In this document: piece after piece, positions 26,001 to 38,650 of the stretch | Layout: every line of letters starts with the position of its first letter | Numbering within the stretch: position 1 is the first letter of the stretch | DNA from: Takakia lepidozioides | Taxonomy: Eukaryota; Plantae; Bryophyta | NCBI GenBank assembly: GCA_030704615.1 | Contig: CM060732.1 | Span: forward strand, 51,026,001 to 51,090,000 | DNA: 64,000 nt | Reading direction: 5' to 3' | The notes under the pieces: generated by a model | Told to the model about the DNA's origin: nothing | What the model saw: only the letters and a program-made list of their open reading frames with translations | Database searches by the model: none | Translations under genes and position numbers: made by a program

Positions 26001-26282
26001 AAGGATTTTTGTTTTTTAAAATTTCAAAGAAGAATATGATAATTAATTGTATACCAAATCTTAGAGGTAGTTGAGGGTTGTAGCAAAAGATTCCAAACTG
26101 CCCGACGAATGAAAAAAACTACTTCGGGCAGCATAACTATTTTACCCGATATCCGGTGAAAAAAATATTATATTCCCGCGGAGCTCAATTCTCTACAACC
26201 ATAAAGAATTTCAGAAAATCACATTCAAATTGACATCGTCGGAGCCTGCACGAAATCCCAAAAAACCCTCCTATGGACAATT

Positions 26283-26298
26283 GTCCTTTAGGGGTTAA
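26283..26298 (-). mobile_element. piggyBac-type terminus (reverse orientation)
   Basis: GTCCTTTAGGGG-TTAA; its reverse complement TTAA-CCCCTAAAGGAC resembles the termini at 31042 and 32244. Confidence 0.55.
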
Positions 26299-26301
26299 TA
26301 C

Positions 26302-27564
26302 CAGTGTTGTTCGGGTGCCCGCTTAGCCGGGTTGGAACCGGAACAGGGGGAGCAGGGATGAGCCCGGTTCCGCACTAGGGTTTTGTTTTTTGTTTTTTTT
26401 TGTTTTTTTTTCCGTGATCTGTCGTCTCTCACCTCCAATCTGCGCGATTTGCTGCAGTAGGCGACTTCAGTGCGGGGGAGGGAGCAGCGCATAGCAGCAC
26501 GGGGAGGAAGGAGCAACGCGCCTCAGCGTATGAGGCGCCTCAACGTGTGAAGGAGGCCTAGCGTTGTTTTTTTTTTTTTTTTTTTGGGTTGGTTTTCCTG
26601 GTTCTGTAGTCTCGGCCTCCCACCTGCGATGTGCTGCAGCAGCGCGTGCATCAGCACGGGGGAGGGAGCAGCGCATAGCAGCACTGGGAGGAAGGAGCAA
26701 CGCGCCTCAGCGTATGAGGGAGGGAGCAGCGCCTCAACGTGTAAAGGAGGCCTAGCGTTGTTTTTTTTTTTTTTTTTTTCGGTTGGTTTTCCTGGTTCTG
26801 TAGTCTCGGCCTCCCACCTGCGATGTGCTGCAGCAGCGCGTGCATCAGCACGGGGGAGGGAGCAGCGCATAGCAGCACTGGGAGGAAGGAGCAACGCGCC
26901 TCAGCGTATGAGGGAGGGAGCAGCGCCTCAACGTGTAAAGGAGGCCTAGCGTTGTTTTTTTTTTTTTTTTTTTTCGGTTGGTTTTCCTGGTTCTGTAGTC
27001 TCGGCCTCCCACCTGCGATGTGCTGCAGCAGCGCGTGCATCAGCACGGGGGAGGGAGCAGCGCAGGGAGGTAGCATCGTAAGCAGAAGTTTTTTTTGTTT
27101 TTTTCACTTGTATCGTCTCTCACGTCTGTTTTTGAGTAGTGAGGAAGTCCACTTAGATGACAACAAGGAGTTGATTGCAGAGGCCGAGTTGTTTGAGATA
27201 AAATGATTTCTTTGTGTACTCTACACACATTAATTTATACTCGCTTATATTGCATTATTATTATTTCATAAATTTGTATATTTGTTGTGTTGTTTCTTTT
27301 CAACATGGGCAAAAGATTTGATATAACTAATGAGGATTCACAAATCATTTTCAGATTTATAAAAAATGATCAAAAATTTAATATATATTTTTAAATTCAA
27401 AAAATAGAGAATCGGAACCAGGAACTGGAACCGGCGGTTCCCACCCAAAAAATACCCGGAACCGGAACCTGCTCATGAATTTTGGAACCGGAACCGGATC
27501 TTTAAATATACCAAGGAACCGGAACCGGAGGTTCCTTCAATATGGCAAGAACCGCACAACACTG
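26302..27564 (-). mobile_element. Non-autonomous hAT element 1
   Basis: TIR CAGTGTTGT(T/G)CGG. 8-bp TSD GTTAATAC at 26294-26301 and 27565-27572. Subterminal GGAACCGG repeats. Right end is homologous to the left end of the element at 29801. Confidence 0.9.
26440..27070. repeat. ~195-bp GC-rich tandem repeat with poly-T tract, about 3.3 copies, inside hAT element 1
   Basis: Units are near-identical; the first lacks GAGGGAGCA. Confidence 0.93.
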
Positions 27565-27572
27565 GTTAATAC

Positions 27573-28320
27573 CAGTGTTGGCCGGGCATGGCATCTTGAC
27601 ATGCATATCCGGAGGTTATTTGCCGGTTATGCACATGTGCATAACCGGAAAGTGTAGCCCCCGCAGGAACCGGCTATGGAAGGGCACCGGAAAAAAAATC
27701 GAGCTTCCTAACCGGCTAGAGAACCGGCATGGTGATTATAAGGGTGTTATACCCGGAGCAAGATCCGGAGCAAATGTGGATGGCGTAGAGGCGGTTCTAG
27801 ATAATACAAGTGTAAGGGTTAGTGATGGTAGTTATGAAATTACAATGATTAGGTGCACAACATTAATGAGAATGTCCAAGTAGGAAATTAATTAGTTGGG
27901 CATTTGGCATTTGGCTAAGACAATAGTTGTAAGTTGTAAGCTTAGTGTATTAGAGGGGCAGAGGGATAGATGACAGGGTTGGACGTTTGAACTTTGAACA
28001 CGAGACCCACAACCAATACTCTAGTGGCTTATCACCGGGCGTAGCCCTTTGTGTATAGTTTTACACACATACACAAAAATGCTAGAAAAAGTATAAATAA
28101 ATAAAAGTGGATGAATCCCATAACCGGTACCATGGAACCGGCATTTTTTAAGATGGCATAACAGGTAGATTGAGAAAATCCATGTGTTTATTGAGAACCT
28201 ATAACCGTGATGTTTTTCAAACCTATTGGTATACCCTGCCCCGGCCATCCATTTTCTTCAAAGAGTACGCCATAACCGGGACCGGGAGAGGGCTCAAAAC
28301 ATGGTACCCGGCCAACACTG
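27573..28320. mobile_element. Non-autonomous hAT element 2
   Basis: Perfect 14-bp TIR CAGTGTTGGCCGGG. TSD GTTAATAC at 27565-27572 and 28321-28328. AACCGG subterminal repeats. Confidence 0.92.
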
Positions 28321-28679
28321 GTTAATACCCCTTAAGTAACAAAATTTCTATATACCATTTAGAAGCTATCAAGGGTTAAAATTTGAATGAATAACATACC
28401 CAAATATATATGTTTTTAAGATCACAATTACATTGTGTTCTACAAGATGGCCAAATTTGGTTCCAAGATTCTCGTTTCAGAAAAAGAAGTGGCTTTGTTT
28501 CTAATATATGAAGAGTGAAATTACGATGACTTTTTGTTCCCCACTATACAACGGTGCCTAAAAATGCCCCAAAGCAATATTGAACAGCTCTATTAAATTT
28601 GGTGAAAAAGCCAGAATGTGAAAGTTTTTACGTGGTGGCTACAAAAGTCCATACAACCAGCCTGGTCTGTCGCCAAATC

Positions 28680-29170
28680 ATTTCATCCAAAATCCAAAAG
28701 TAGATGAAAAGTTGCATGTTTGGATGAAAAATTGGCAAAAAGTAACAGAAAAGCTATCTTTTGGATGAAGTTCGTTGTTCACAGCTAAATCGCCAAATAG
28801 ACATCGTATGAGGGAGTGGATGAAGTTATGTCCAAGGAACCTTCATCCATGGATAACTCATCCATAATTGGTCTATGAAGGCGTACAATAGTGTTTTGGA
28901 ATGCTCTTTAGATGCTCGAGCGTGGTGGTAGAGCATTTCCTAGATTGAGAGTACGACATTCAAAGATTGGGAAGGCTAAATTTTCATGTAATTGATTTTG
29001 ATAATTTAATTGGAAGGACCTTGTAAATGTTCAAAATAGCAATCCAGAATGGTTTTGCTCTCCTTCATTGGACATCCTATCAATTACTTATGAGGGGATG
29101 AAGTTTTGTCAAACTACACTTCATCCATTAATAACTCATCCATACTTTGTCCTATAAAGCAGTACAATAT
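28680..29170. repeat. GGATGA/TCATCC motif-rich repeat with a diverged ~80-bp direct repeat
   Basis: Many GGATGAA/TTCATCC motifs. 28818-28890 resembles 29096-29169. Confidence 0.6.
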
Positions 29171-29800
29171 CAATTCGGAATGTTATTTGATGTTCTAATA
29201 CGGCATATTTTGTTTGAGATAAAATATTGCTTACTTTGTTTATTAAATAGACTATTTACTGATGCATTTTTACTTTTTACTTTTGCTATTGCTCTATTTT
29301 TAATGTACTTTTTTATTTTTTATTTATTTTTCTTTTTAGGGTTTAGAGTATTCTATTGCTTTTTTGACTTTTTATTTTTGAGTTTTGACTTGACCTACCC
29401 CCCATTTTCAAGCATTGTGAATCCAATGGTGTTGTCGAAAAGCGATACAAGTGCTTAGATTGTCAGCCATGGGTGTACAAAATTCAATGTCTTGGATAAC
29501 TAATTTTTTTTGTTTGATGTTGAGTGAGGATTTCAAGGTGTAGAAGGTTTAGGGTTTAGGGTTACGAGGGTTTTCTATGGGTTTGTCATTTTTTTTCTTG
29601 AATCGTGATTTTGGCTACGCCCCATTTGTGATGCTTGCAAACTCAATGGCATACAAATGCTTATGCTCATCCATATCTCCAAATGTGGCAGTGGTATGAG
29701 TAATCTTTGTTTTTCATTCTAAAGTAATAGTCTTAATATGTACCTTGCCCTACACCATGGGTCAAAGACACATATCTGGCTGAAATGTCTACGTTGGTAC

Positions 29801-30547
29801 CAGTGTTGGGCGGTTCTTGCATTTGTGAAGGAACCTTCGGTTCCGGTTCCACAATTATTTCAAGAGACGGTTCCGGATCCAACTTTTAAACATGGGGGCG
29901 GTTCCGGTTACCGGTTAGTTGCTGATAAAAACCATCGGTTCCGGTTAGGTTCCGGTTCTATTTTAAAAATATATTTGTTTAATTTAATTAGATTTAAAAT
30001 ATTTTATCAGTCCGGTAGATTAAATAGTAGTGTATTCACATATTTGAACTAAAATCCAACGATTTTGTTAGTTTTCACTAACACAAAAAAACAAACAAAA
30101 ATACTCTAAATAAACTGGTAGAAGAAAATGGGTAAAATTTTATGGGTTGAAAGTACTATTCAGCTACCTGGCAAGTATTGGCATCTTCAAACATTTTATT
30201 AATGAACTTAGCCAGGATATCATGGAGCTTGAGATTGAACCCATGATCTCATGGCGCTGAAGCATTGAACATAGAATCTCATGGCCTTCAAGCATTGAAC
30301 CCAGGATCTCATGAGCTTGAGAGCATTAAATAAGTTTTGCCCTTGGCCACCGGCCCCACCAAGGGGTCAAGAACCGGAACCTATTTTTATCCCCCTGCAC
30401 CCGGGTTCTCCGGTTCTCACACCTAGCAGGAACCGCCGGTTCGGTTCTGCGCCGATCCCCATTGGCAAGTTCCGGTTCCGGGTCATGTTCTGTAGGAATG
30501 GGCCCGGTTCCGGTTAACCTGAACCGGCGGTTAACCGCCCAACACTG
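29801..30547 (+). mobile_element. Non-autonomous hAT element 3
   Basis: Perfect 15-bp TIR CAGTGTTGGGCGGTT. TSD GTTGGTAC at 29793-29800 and 30548-30555. GGTTCCGG subterminal repeats. Confidence 0.93.
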
Positions 30548-30746
30548 GTTGGTACTTTGAAAAATGGATTACAAATTATTTTCAAAAATACATTTCATAT
30601 TTGTGGTAACATGTTTGGTTGTGATAAAAGAATTAACAAACTTGAACTCTTAGAATTCTTGCTAGATGATCCAATATAAGGCCCTCTACTATTTCAACTC
30701 CATGTGCCTACTTAACCCTTCACGCACACAAGTATATATACCAATA

Positions 30747-31002
30747 CCGTAGGTTATGGTCAGCTTAGGCACTCAACTGCCTAATAATTAATTAAAGTGA
30801 AAAAATGGGTTAGGAAGTGCAAAAATACTTAATCAACATGTGGGGAAAATTCAAATTTGATCATAAAATATGCAGTAAATAGCTTGAAATCCACTTTTCT
30901 TGTCCACTTTTTGTTTTTTGGGATATTATTTAAATAATTATCCAAAAAATTAGACAGTTGATTTTTTAATTATTATGTGCCTAAGCTGACCATAACCTAC
31001 GG
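30747..31002. mobile_element. Tc1/mariner (pogo-like) MITE
   Basis: Perfect 26-bp TIR CCGTAGGTTATGGTCAGCTTAGGCAC flanked by TA on both sides. AT-rich interior. Confidence 0.9.
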
Positions 31003-31041
31003 TATGCTATCTTCTTTGCACAAAATTCACACACTTTTATT

Positions 31042-32243
31042 TTAACCCCTCAAGGACGAGCCTGTTTTTGGTGGGGCCCGTCCAAAACCAGACATACCCT
31101 CACGGATGAGGGTGTATCTCCCATTTGACAAACATCCGAGGGGATGAACCGTTCCAAAGTCATCCTACCTACTTCATGCACCTGCAGTAAGAATTTCAGG
31201 AGATTTGACCATCTAAAGTGGAAGATTATAACAAAAGTTCTAGGCCTTTTTTTTTTTTTGATATATTTTCAACATGAAAATTTCGTTTGACCAAGCAGAT
31301 TGCCAACCTGATTTTTCATTGATACAGCCTACCCAGATTCAGATTATATGGCACCCACAGCAAAGCCTCCCAAAATTCCAGAGCCAAATTCCAAAAATGC
31401 ATAATGGTTGCTTTGTATGGGAAAACAGTGGGGTCAAAATGCCAATTTCTCTCATGGGAAAAACACATCCCCCCAAATGTGGGGCAATTTGTGAGGTAAT
31501 CCAAATTCCTCTGCTCATGTTGTTGTTTGCCTACCTACCGAGTTACCCTGAAAAAAATTTCCACATTCTAAGCTGTTTGTAGGCAAAGATTGCCAAAAAA
31601 CCGAATCCCTACTTGAATCCCAGCTCCGCCCAAGAATTGCCGGAGCCCGGTGGACATTTCCGGCCAAAAAATCCGGCCACGTCATCACAAACCAAGCAAG
31701 TCACGAGGCCTCCACCTTGCCTTTCAGCGTTCTCCCTCCATGACCTGCCAACGCCCAAACACTTCCCACAGCCACACCAGGAAGCATACTCAAAAACACG
31801 AGCTATGCGTTGAAGCTATGCGTTAATCCTAACTGATGACCGAGAATGCTAAGGAAATAATCCACACCGTTCTTAGGGTTAGAATTTCAATTCTGTCACA
31901 TATGATCAATCTTGGTGCAATTTTGAGCGCAGGAGTGATCGGATAGCCAGAGCATTTTACATGGAGGAAAACTCCACAGCCATCCGCAGCGCACAACCTG
32001 TAGACCCTAGATGTGAAAGACGATACTCTGTGACGCTCCTTGTCTCTGAGTAGCAAAATCCGCTTGCACCCACATGATGCAACCAAAAGTGAGCGGAAGC
32101 CTGGCACAATCGTGGCCCCAAAACCAAAGATATACTTAGGCACCTGGAGGAAGGGGAAAAAGGGTCGTACAAGGAGGAAAAGAAAAAAGAAAAGTGCAGT
32201 ACTTATGTAGCCTACAATCAGTTTTTTTGAAGTAAAAGGGCAC
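31042..32243 (+). mobile_element. piggyBac-type left end and subterminal region (element A, truncated or interrupted)
   Basis: TTAA-CCCCTCAAGGACGAG at 31042 is identical to the terminus at 32244. No matching right end seen. Confidence 0.6.
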
Positions 32244-33904
32244 TTAACCCCTCAAGGACGAGGCGACCCGTATCGGGTCGGGTCAAAATTTTGATTGGAT
32301 GATAAATGTGCAGATCATGTCGGATGAAAACGATTCCTGAACAAAAAGTGTAGCCAATAAATATTTACGGCCCCCTGTGTTGATTGCACCCTAAAAAATC
32401 TAATCCCCCGCCGTCAGGATTTTTTGGAATCTGGAGGGGTACCCAAAATCCTGTGGTTTTGGGCCCGCCAGCAGGTTGACTGGCAGACGTGGCAGGCAGG
32501 ATTGGGCGGGGGGTGGGCATTTGCCGACAACGGGTGACAACGGGGGGCTGCATGTCCGCCCGTGCGGACAGCGGCGGACTCCCGGCACGCGCAAAACGCC
32601 AGGCACGTGGCCCAATTAGGTGGCAGCTGGCGGGGGCGGGAGCTTCTCTCTCGCTCTATGCGTTTTGCATATCGTGTCCTGAGTGCTACGATTGTCTCCT
32701 TGTAATCGAGCTTTTGCTTCGTTCTTTCTTGGTTTTTGCTTCGCTTTGGCTTTGCTGCGTCAATCTTATTTTGCCTAGGATTGCTTGGTTTCATTTTTTT
32801 GGGAGCTCATGTGCCGCTGTTGAGGAGCAGGGGTGGCTGCGCGTCTATTCGGTTTGTTGGGATCGTCCTTGACTTTGCCTTTACAGCGGCTCCTTCTCTT
32901 TACACCTGCTCATTACCTTCGTGTTGGGGCGCATGCGCAGCGACGACGCTTCATAGGTATTGCGCAGCCATCTAATCACTTATGCATTTGCATTTGCTTG
33001 ATATTGTCTGCCTGCTTTGCTTGATTTGTTTGTGCATTGAATGTTTGTGGTTTGTGGGTGGCAGGAATTCTATGGCGTCCACTAGAAGCATTCGTGTCTT
33101 TTCCGAATCGATTGCATGTCCAAAACCACTGAGGGAACAACTTTGAGATGTTTGTTACTACTGCACAGTCGTAACGGATAAATTCACATTTCTAAATAGC
33201 GGCATATGAAGTCCGCACAATATTCGCGGCGATTTAATTCAATTAGGTAAGGTTTTTTTTTTTAAAACAACAATTACAAGTGGTTTTAAGCACTAGAGAA
33301 CGACTCTTAACAACTAGGCATTCATTGCACACCCTATTCAAAAATGGAATTTTTATAAGTGCTCCACATGGCTCATGACGTGGAATATTTTAATGTATTT
33401 TAGGGCTTATGTGGCTCGTAGAGATTGTTCTAATCGTCGGATGTAAAATGATCTAAGGGTGGAAGAGTAACTTTGTCCTTTGCCTGTATCTGTCTAAGTG
33501 TTGGGAGAGGGATGGAGGCTTGAGAGAGAGACGAACAAGTGATGCGAGAAGGACGAAGACCAAATCGAGGCCCATGTCCTGTTGTTGCAAGCGTTTATGG
33601 CGTCAAGGGCGCATTATGTGCAAATGTTGGGCTCTTGGCTCCCCTTTGTACCATGATTTGATATTCTTCCTGATGATCACAAGGTTCTTGGGGGAATCAG
33701 CTTGTCTTAGCAACCCATTTTAATCTCTGCCCGCTCAGCTGCACCGTGGTGTTCTTACGAACCAATCCCACATTACCTGACTAGAGATACAAGCAGCACG
33801 CACAAGAGGTCTTCTTGGGTTCATGGTCAGTCGCAATGGATCATGACACAAGATAGAGGACAATGTGGTGAGGGCACCTTCTTCTTCGAGCTATTTCAGC
33901 CTGT

Positions 33905-34725
33905 TTTGCCGAGATGTAGTGTTGTGGAGTGCGATGCTTGCAGGGTATGCACAGCAAGGACGTGGGATGGAGGCTTTGGAGACCTATGAAGTTGCGAAGG
34001 GAGAGTTTGATAACAAGGCTGAACAAGGATGTTGTCTCAAGGAACACGTTGAATCTCGCAAGATATGGCCAGCATGTGTGCGGATGAGGGCATTGGAGAC
34101 ATATGAGCAAATGTTGAGAAGAGGTGCAGCCTGACCGGGTCACGTTCATTTGTGTTTGCAATGCATGTGCAAACCTGGCAGCCCTAGAGACTTGGTAAAG
34201 GGCAAAGAGGTCCATCGTGACATTGTCAAAGCTGGAACTGTACCAGATGTAACAATACCTCGTCGACATGTATGCCAAACGTGGGAGCATTCCCTTGTGG
34301 ACAATGAGTGTTTAACAATATGGCTGAGCGAAATGTGGTGTGGTGGAACGTGATGATCGCAAGACATGCACAACATGGGCGGGGATTGCGGGTTTTGGAG
34401 ACCTATGAGCAAATGATGTGGGTCTAGGGGATGAAGCCCGAGCACATTACGTTTGTTTGTGTTTGTAGTGCATGTGCGAGCCTGTTGGAGAAGGGCAAAG
34501 AGGTCCATGGTTGCATCGTCAAAGCTGGAATTGTGGTAGATGTCATTCTGAACATGAATACCCTTCTAGATAGGGAGTGTTCAACAATATGGCTGAGCGA
34601 AATGTGGTGTCGTGGAAAGTGATGATCGCAGGACATGCACAACAGGGGCGGGGATTGCAGGTTTTGGAGACCTATGAGCAGTTGATGTGGGAGGGGGTGA
34701 AGTCCAACCACATTACGTTCAGAGA
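33905..34725 (+). pseudogene. PLS-class PPR repeat fragments (CACTA cargo)
   Basis: RDVVLWSAMLAGYAQQGRGMEALETYE, KGKEVHRDIVKAG, ITFVCVCSACASLLEKGKEVHGCIVKAG and RNVVSWKVMIAGHAQQGRG lie in shifting frames. Confidence 0.9.
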
Positions 34726-34899
34726 GTTCAAATGCCTCTCCACCATGACCTTGCTTAGCTAACCATGCCTTGCTGATGTTGTTGTCTTGCACTTGAGCTG
34801 TTTTTGGACACTGGCTGGAACATCCACAAGGCGGCTCTGCTCGAGAGAGAAATCAGCTTGAATGCAGGGGCAGATTTTGAGATCACAATCACCACTCAG

Positions 34900-37120
34900 A
34901 ACGTTGTTCTTTGCACCGGCATGGCATATCAACATGCATATCAGCCCAAACTCATTACTCCGTGAGCCTTCCACTGCCGGAGTGTGCCCATTCAAGCCAG
35001 ATCTTCGAAACGCAGGGATGGAACGGGGTTTTGAAACCAGCATTGCCTAACTGGATACCCAATTCAGCTCCGCATCTTGGTCCATTAATCTGCTGCACAT
35101 TGTGAAGTTTTATGCCCGTTCACCGCAAGTTGAAGAAGGAGTATTCTTAAAACACGGGTACTCATAATCTGAAAATGGCTCCAGCTTATGTTGTTTGAGT
35201 GCGAATATGAGTGTGGTTGGCTTGGCAGCTTTACATCTGGTCCATCCCACTCGATATGATGAGCAGGTTCAGCTTGACTTCTCTCACACAAAAGACGCTG
35301 CCAATATGGGGTTTGCTGCCCTAGATGACTTCCCGTCGTTGTTCTGGGCTGCAACATACAATTAATCTGGCCCATGGCAAGGGGCCTTGCCTTCCACCAA
35401 TCATCTGTAAGTCCTGTGAAACTGTTTTTGTGGCAATTTGTAAGCAGTGGGCAGCGATGGTGGGCTATTGTAGGATTTGATGAACTCAATGCCGTGTACT
35501 GACAGCAACCCCTTATCTCTTATGCAAGCATTCAACAAGCCAAGTTGACTGCAAAGTATATTTAGCCCCCCACGTTTCTAGTTGCCTAATGTTCTTCATC
35601 TCCTGGGCAGAGCATTTTCCAGGGTCTCCATCTGTGATGACACACTATCTTCTCATGTGGTTCAGCTTCTGGTCTTGCTCTTGTTTGCACCACCCCAATG
35701 AAGGGCAGTTCCCACCTGCTTGATTCTCTCTATATGGTTGTCTTGGGTCTTGGCAGGGTTTCCCACAACCGCCTTTTCTTTTCAGACTGCCAGTCATCAG
35801 CCTCGTTCTCCAATGCTTCACTTTCTTCCCCAGTGAAGTGCTCTCCTCTTTTATGCTTCAACGTCCCTGTAGGTGTCTTTTCCTTCATCTCCCGTGGTGC
35901 TTTCGAATGAATGAGCACTGATTTACATTTGTTGGCAACACTTACGGTGTCCCTTTCCTTGCATGCCACTGCAGGCCCGCATTGACTTTCTTGGCAGGGA
36001 AGTCTCATCCTTCTCCCTCATTTTCTGGCTCTGTTGGTGCCCCACTCACCATGCTATCATAGCTGCACTTATTTTGTGGTGTTGCGCCAGCCAAGGGCGA
36101 TCTTTCACTGGTCCAATTGTTGGCAACAGCTGATTGGAGTCTTCTTGGCAGAGTCTCCCACGAGCTCCCATCAATTTCAGGCATCAGGTTTTCTACCCTG
36201 CCCTTCCACTTTTCATAAGCGAGGTGCATGTCTTCCTCCCTTTCACTCTTCAGCCTCTCAGGCAGATTTTTCTTCATGCGATTGCTGCTCCCATACTTCC
36301 AGTCCTTGTTTAATTTTCTCCAGCCATCACCCTCAGATTTGACAAGGTATTGCTGCCCTTCCTTGTGTCTTTCCTCACTCCCAGCTGCCGGTTTTATCCC
36401 AGATTCACCTCTCATCCTTGCCTGGGGTTTTGCTTGCCAAACAACCGTTGTGTGGGGAACTTCAACGAAAGGCAACATCTCATTCTCAGCTCCTGTCTTT
36501 GTACCTCTTTGCAGCAGTCCAGCCTCGGGTGCCTCACTTTCTGATTGCTGGGTTGCATTCTTCGCCGCCAACCTTTGACAAGAAAACGTGCTCCATCTTC
36601 CTCATCTCCTACTGGTTCCCTTGATGCTTCACCTCGTATGTCTTCCTCCTCATGTTTTAGCAGCAGCTCCTATGCTTGAATTGCTACTTTTCCTCGTAGT
36701 TGATCTTGTGCTTTCCTTTTTCTCCGTAGCCTAATCAACAGTTTTGTCTTGGCAGCTCCCTTGCCATGAGTGCCTTGTCTCACTGCATCTCCCTTGGCTG
36801 CCCACCATCCGTGGAATCTTTCTTCCACTATTCTGACCCTCGTTGGCATGCACTTTGCTGCGATGCCCCACATGTATTTGTTGCTCCCTTTAATCATCAA
36901 CATAGTGCTCCAGAGCCAGTTCCTCATTGTTGACCAGTTGACCTTCTCAGCCCTTGGACCCCATTTTCCCTTCTCCCATGTTGCCTCATCTTTCTGCTTC
37001 ATCATTTGCTTTACTTGCACAATGTTGCTTCTTCCCTACAGCTCATCATATGTTGTGGCTCTTTCCCATGTTGCACTCACTCCCATCATACGTTGTGCAG
37101 TTGATAAGACTGAGATGAGT
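34900..37120 (-). mobile_element. Degenerate gag/ORF1-like retroelement fragment nested in the CACTA cargo
   Basis: K/E-rich broken ORFs (36005-36571, 35730-36008) followed by eroded zinc-knuckle-like motifs (GHKTSQC ~35095; GLNGHTP ~34985). Confidence 0.3.
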
Positions 37121-37399
37121 TGATGCAGGATAGGGGGAGGGCTTGCTGGTGTATGTTGTCCGATAGGCCCCATGCATAGAGTCAAAGCTGGAAGTCAGCC
37201 TTGCAAGGACCCAAGTGAGAGAAGTCTGGTGGGGGTAGCATCTTGGGGGATGGCAGTTAGGGCAATGTGTGTCTAGGGCAATATATGTCATAGCAGCGGG
37301 TGATGTGCTGCCAATTTTGAGGATAGAGACAGCTTGTAAGCTGTAGATTTGTATAAGTGGTTTCTTCTTACACATATTGCTCCTAGTTTGCCACACCAG

Positions 37400-37538
37400 T
37401 TGTTTGCGTTTGTAGTGCATGTGCGAGCCTGCTGGGGAAGGGCAAAGAGGTCCATGGTTGCATCGTCAAAGCTGGAATTGTGGCAGATGTCATTCTGAAC
37501 AATACCCTTGTGGACAGGGAGTGTTCAACAATATGGTT
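37400..37538 (+). pseudogene. Second copy of a PPR L-S fragment
   Basis: Highly similar to 34452-34596. Confidence 0.85.
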
Positions 37539-37564
37539 GAGGGAAGGATAGAGTGTAATGACTA

Positions 37565-38650
37565 CTAATGAAGGCACCTTCTTCAATTTCACCTTGTTTT
37601 CCCCTCTTATCAGAATCGCCCCTAATTATTCATGTCTGAATTCTGCAAGTTAGCTGGTTGAGTGAAGCTTTGATAGTTTGGAGTGACTTTGACATGATTC
37701 TGCCAATGTGACAACAGGAAAGTATCAGAAACAGGTAACACAGACGAGGAGAAGTTGTGGAATGAATATTTTTCTGACCCCAGTCAATGGTGGGACAATT
37801 GAGGCAAGAAGGTGAATGTTTGTTGGATTATAGAGAGTAGCAGATGCAATTGAGCGTAGGAACTAGTGTGATAAGTTGAGTTGGGTGCTTCCTAGAACAA
37901 GTCTAGGCTGTCATCGTCAACTGCTAGCAACAAGGCAAGGTTGTATGCATGATTCGTGTGAGGCATGGATAGTTGAAGGAGCAAGGATAGAGTGTGGGTG
38001 CAGATTCACCCAAGAGGGCTAGACTTCAAGCTCCAGATTAACTATGAAGCTATAAGAAACCTGCATGGGTAGATGGTCAACTGGCAGCAACGGCACAATT
38101 GATAAAATCAGACATTGTTAATGAAGGCATCTTCTTCAGCACATTTCACCCTGTTTTTCCCTCTTATTAGAATCGGTCCAAAATTTCCATGTTGAATTAT
38201 GCAAGTTAACTGGTTGAGTGAATCTAGTTTGGAGTGACTTTGACATGATACTGCTATGTGACAACAGGAAAGTATCAAAAAACAAGTAACAGACATGAGG
38301 AGAAGCTGTGGAATGAATATTTTTCTGCCCCCAGTCAATGATGGGACAACCGAGGCAAAAAGGTGAATGCCTGCTACATTTCAGAGAGTAGCAGACGCAA
38401 TTGAGCATAGGAACTAGTGTGATAAGCTGAGTTGGGTGTTTCCTAGAACAAATGTAGGTTGTCATTGTCAGCTACTAGCAGCAAGGCAAGGATGGATGCA
38501 TGATTTGTGCAGGGGCATGGATAGCTGAAGAAGCAGGGATAGAGTGTGGTCCAGATTCATCCTAGAGGGCCAAATTTCAAGCACAAGATTTACCTATGAT
38601 TCCCTGTGGATCAATAACTACAAGAAACCTCCATGGGTAGATGGTCTATT
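37565..38650 (+). pseudogene. Two tandem ~550-bp units, each encoding a split OSB-type PDF motif (CACTA cargo)
   Basis: EEKLWNEYFSDPSQWWDN*GKK, then a GT..AG intron, then IHPRGLDFK/IHPRGPNFKHK...SLWINNYKKPPWVDG. Contains stops and frameshifts. Units are about 37565-38117 and 38118-38650. Confidence 0.75.

Noticed and set aside
26440-27070. Possible CRISPR array or coding ORFs in the tandem repeat
   Set aside because: Whole units repeat with no unique spacers, the context is eukaryotic, and the ORFs are artefacts of the repeat and poly-T tracts.
29546-29564. Telomere
   Set aside because: Only about 2.5 TTTAGGG units occur internally; such short interstitial motifs are common.
36005-36571. 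LEA-like host gene
   Set aside because: It has a non-ATG start and no 11-mer periodicity, and is surrounded by broken frames; a decayed retroelement is more likely.
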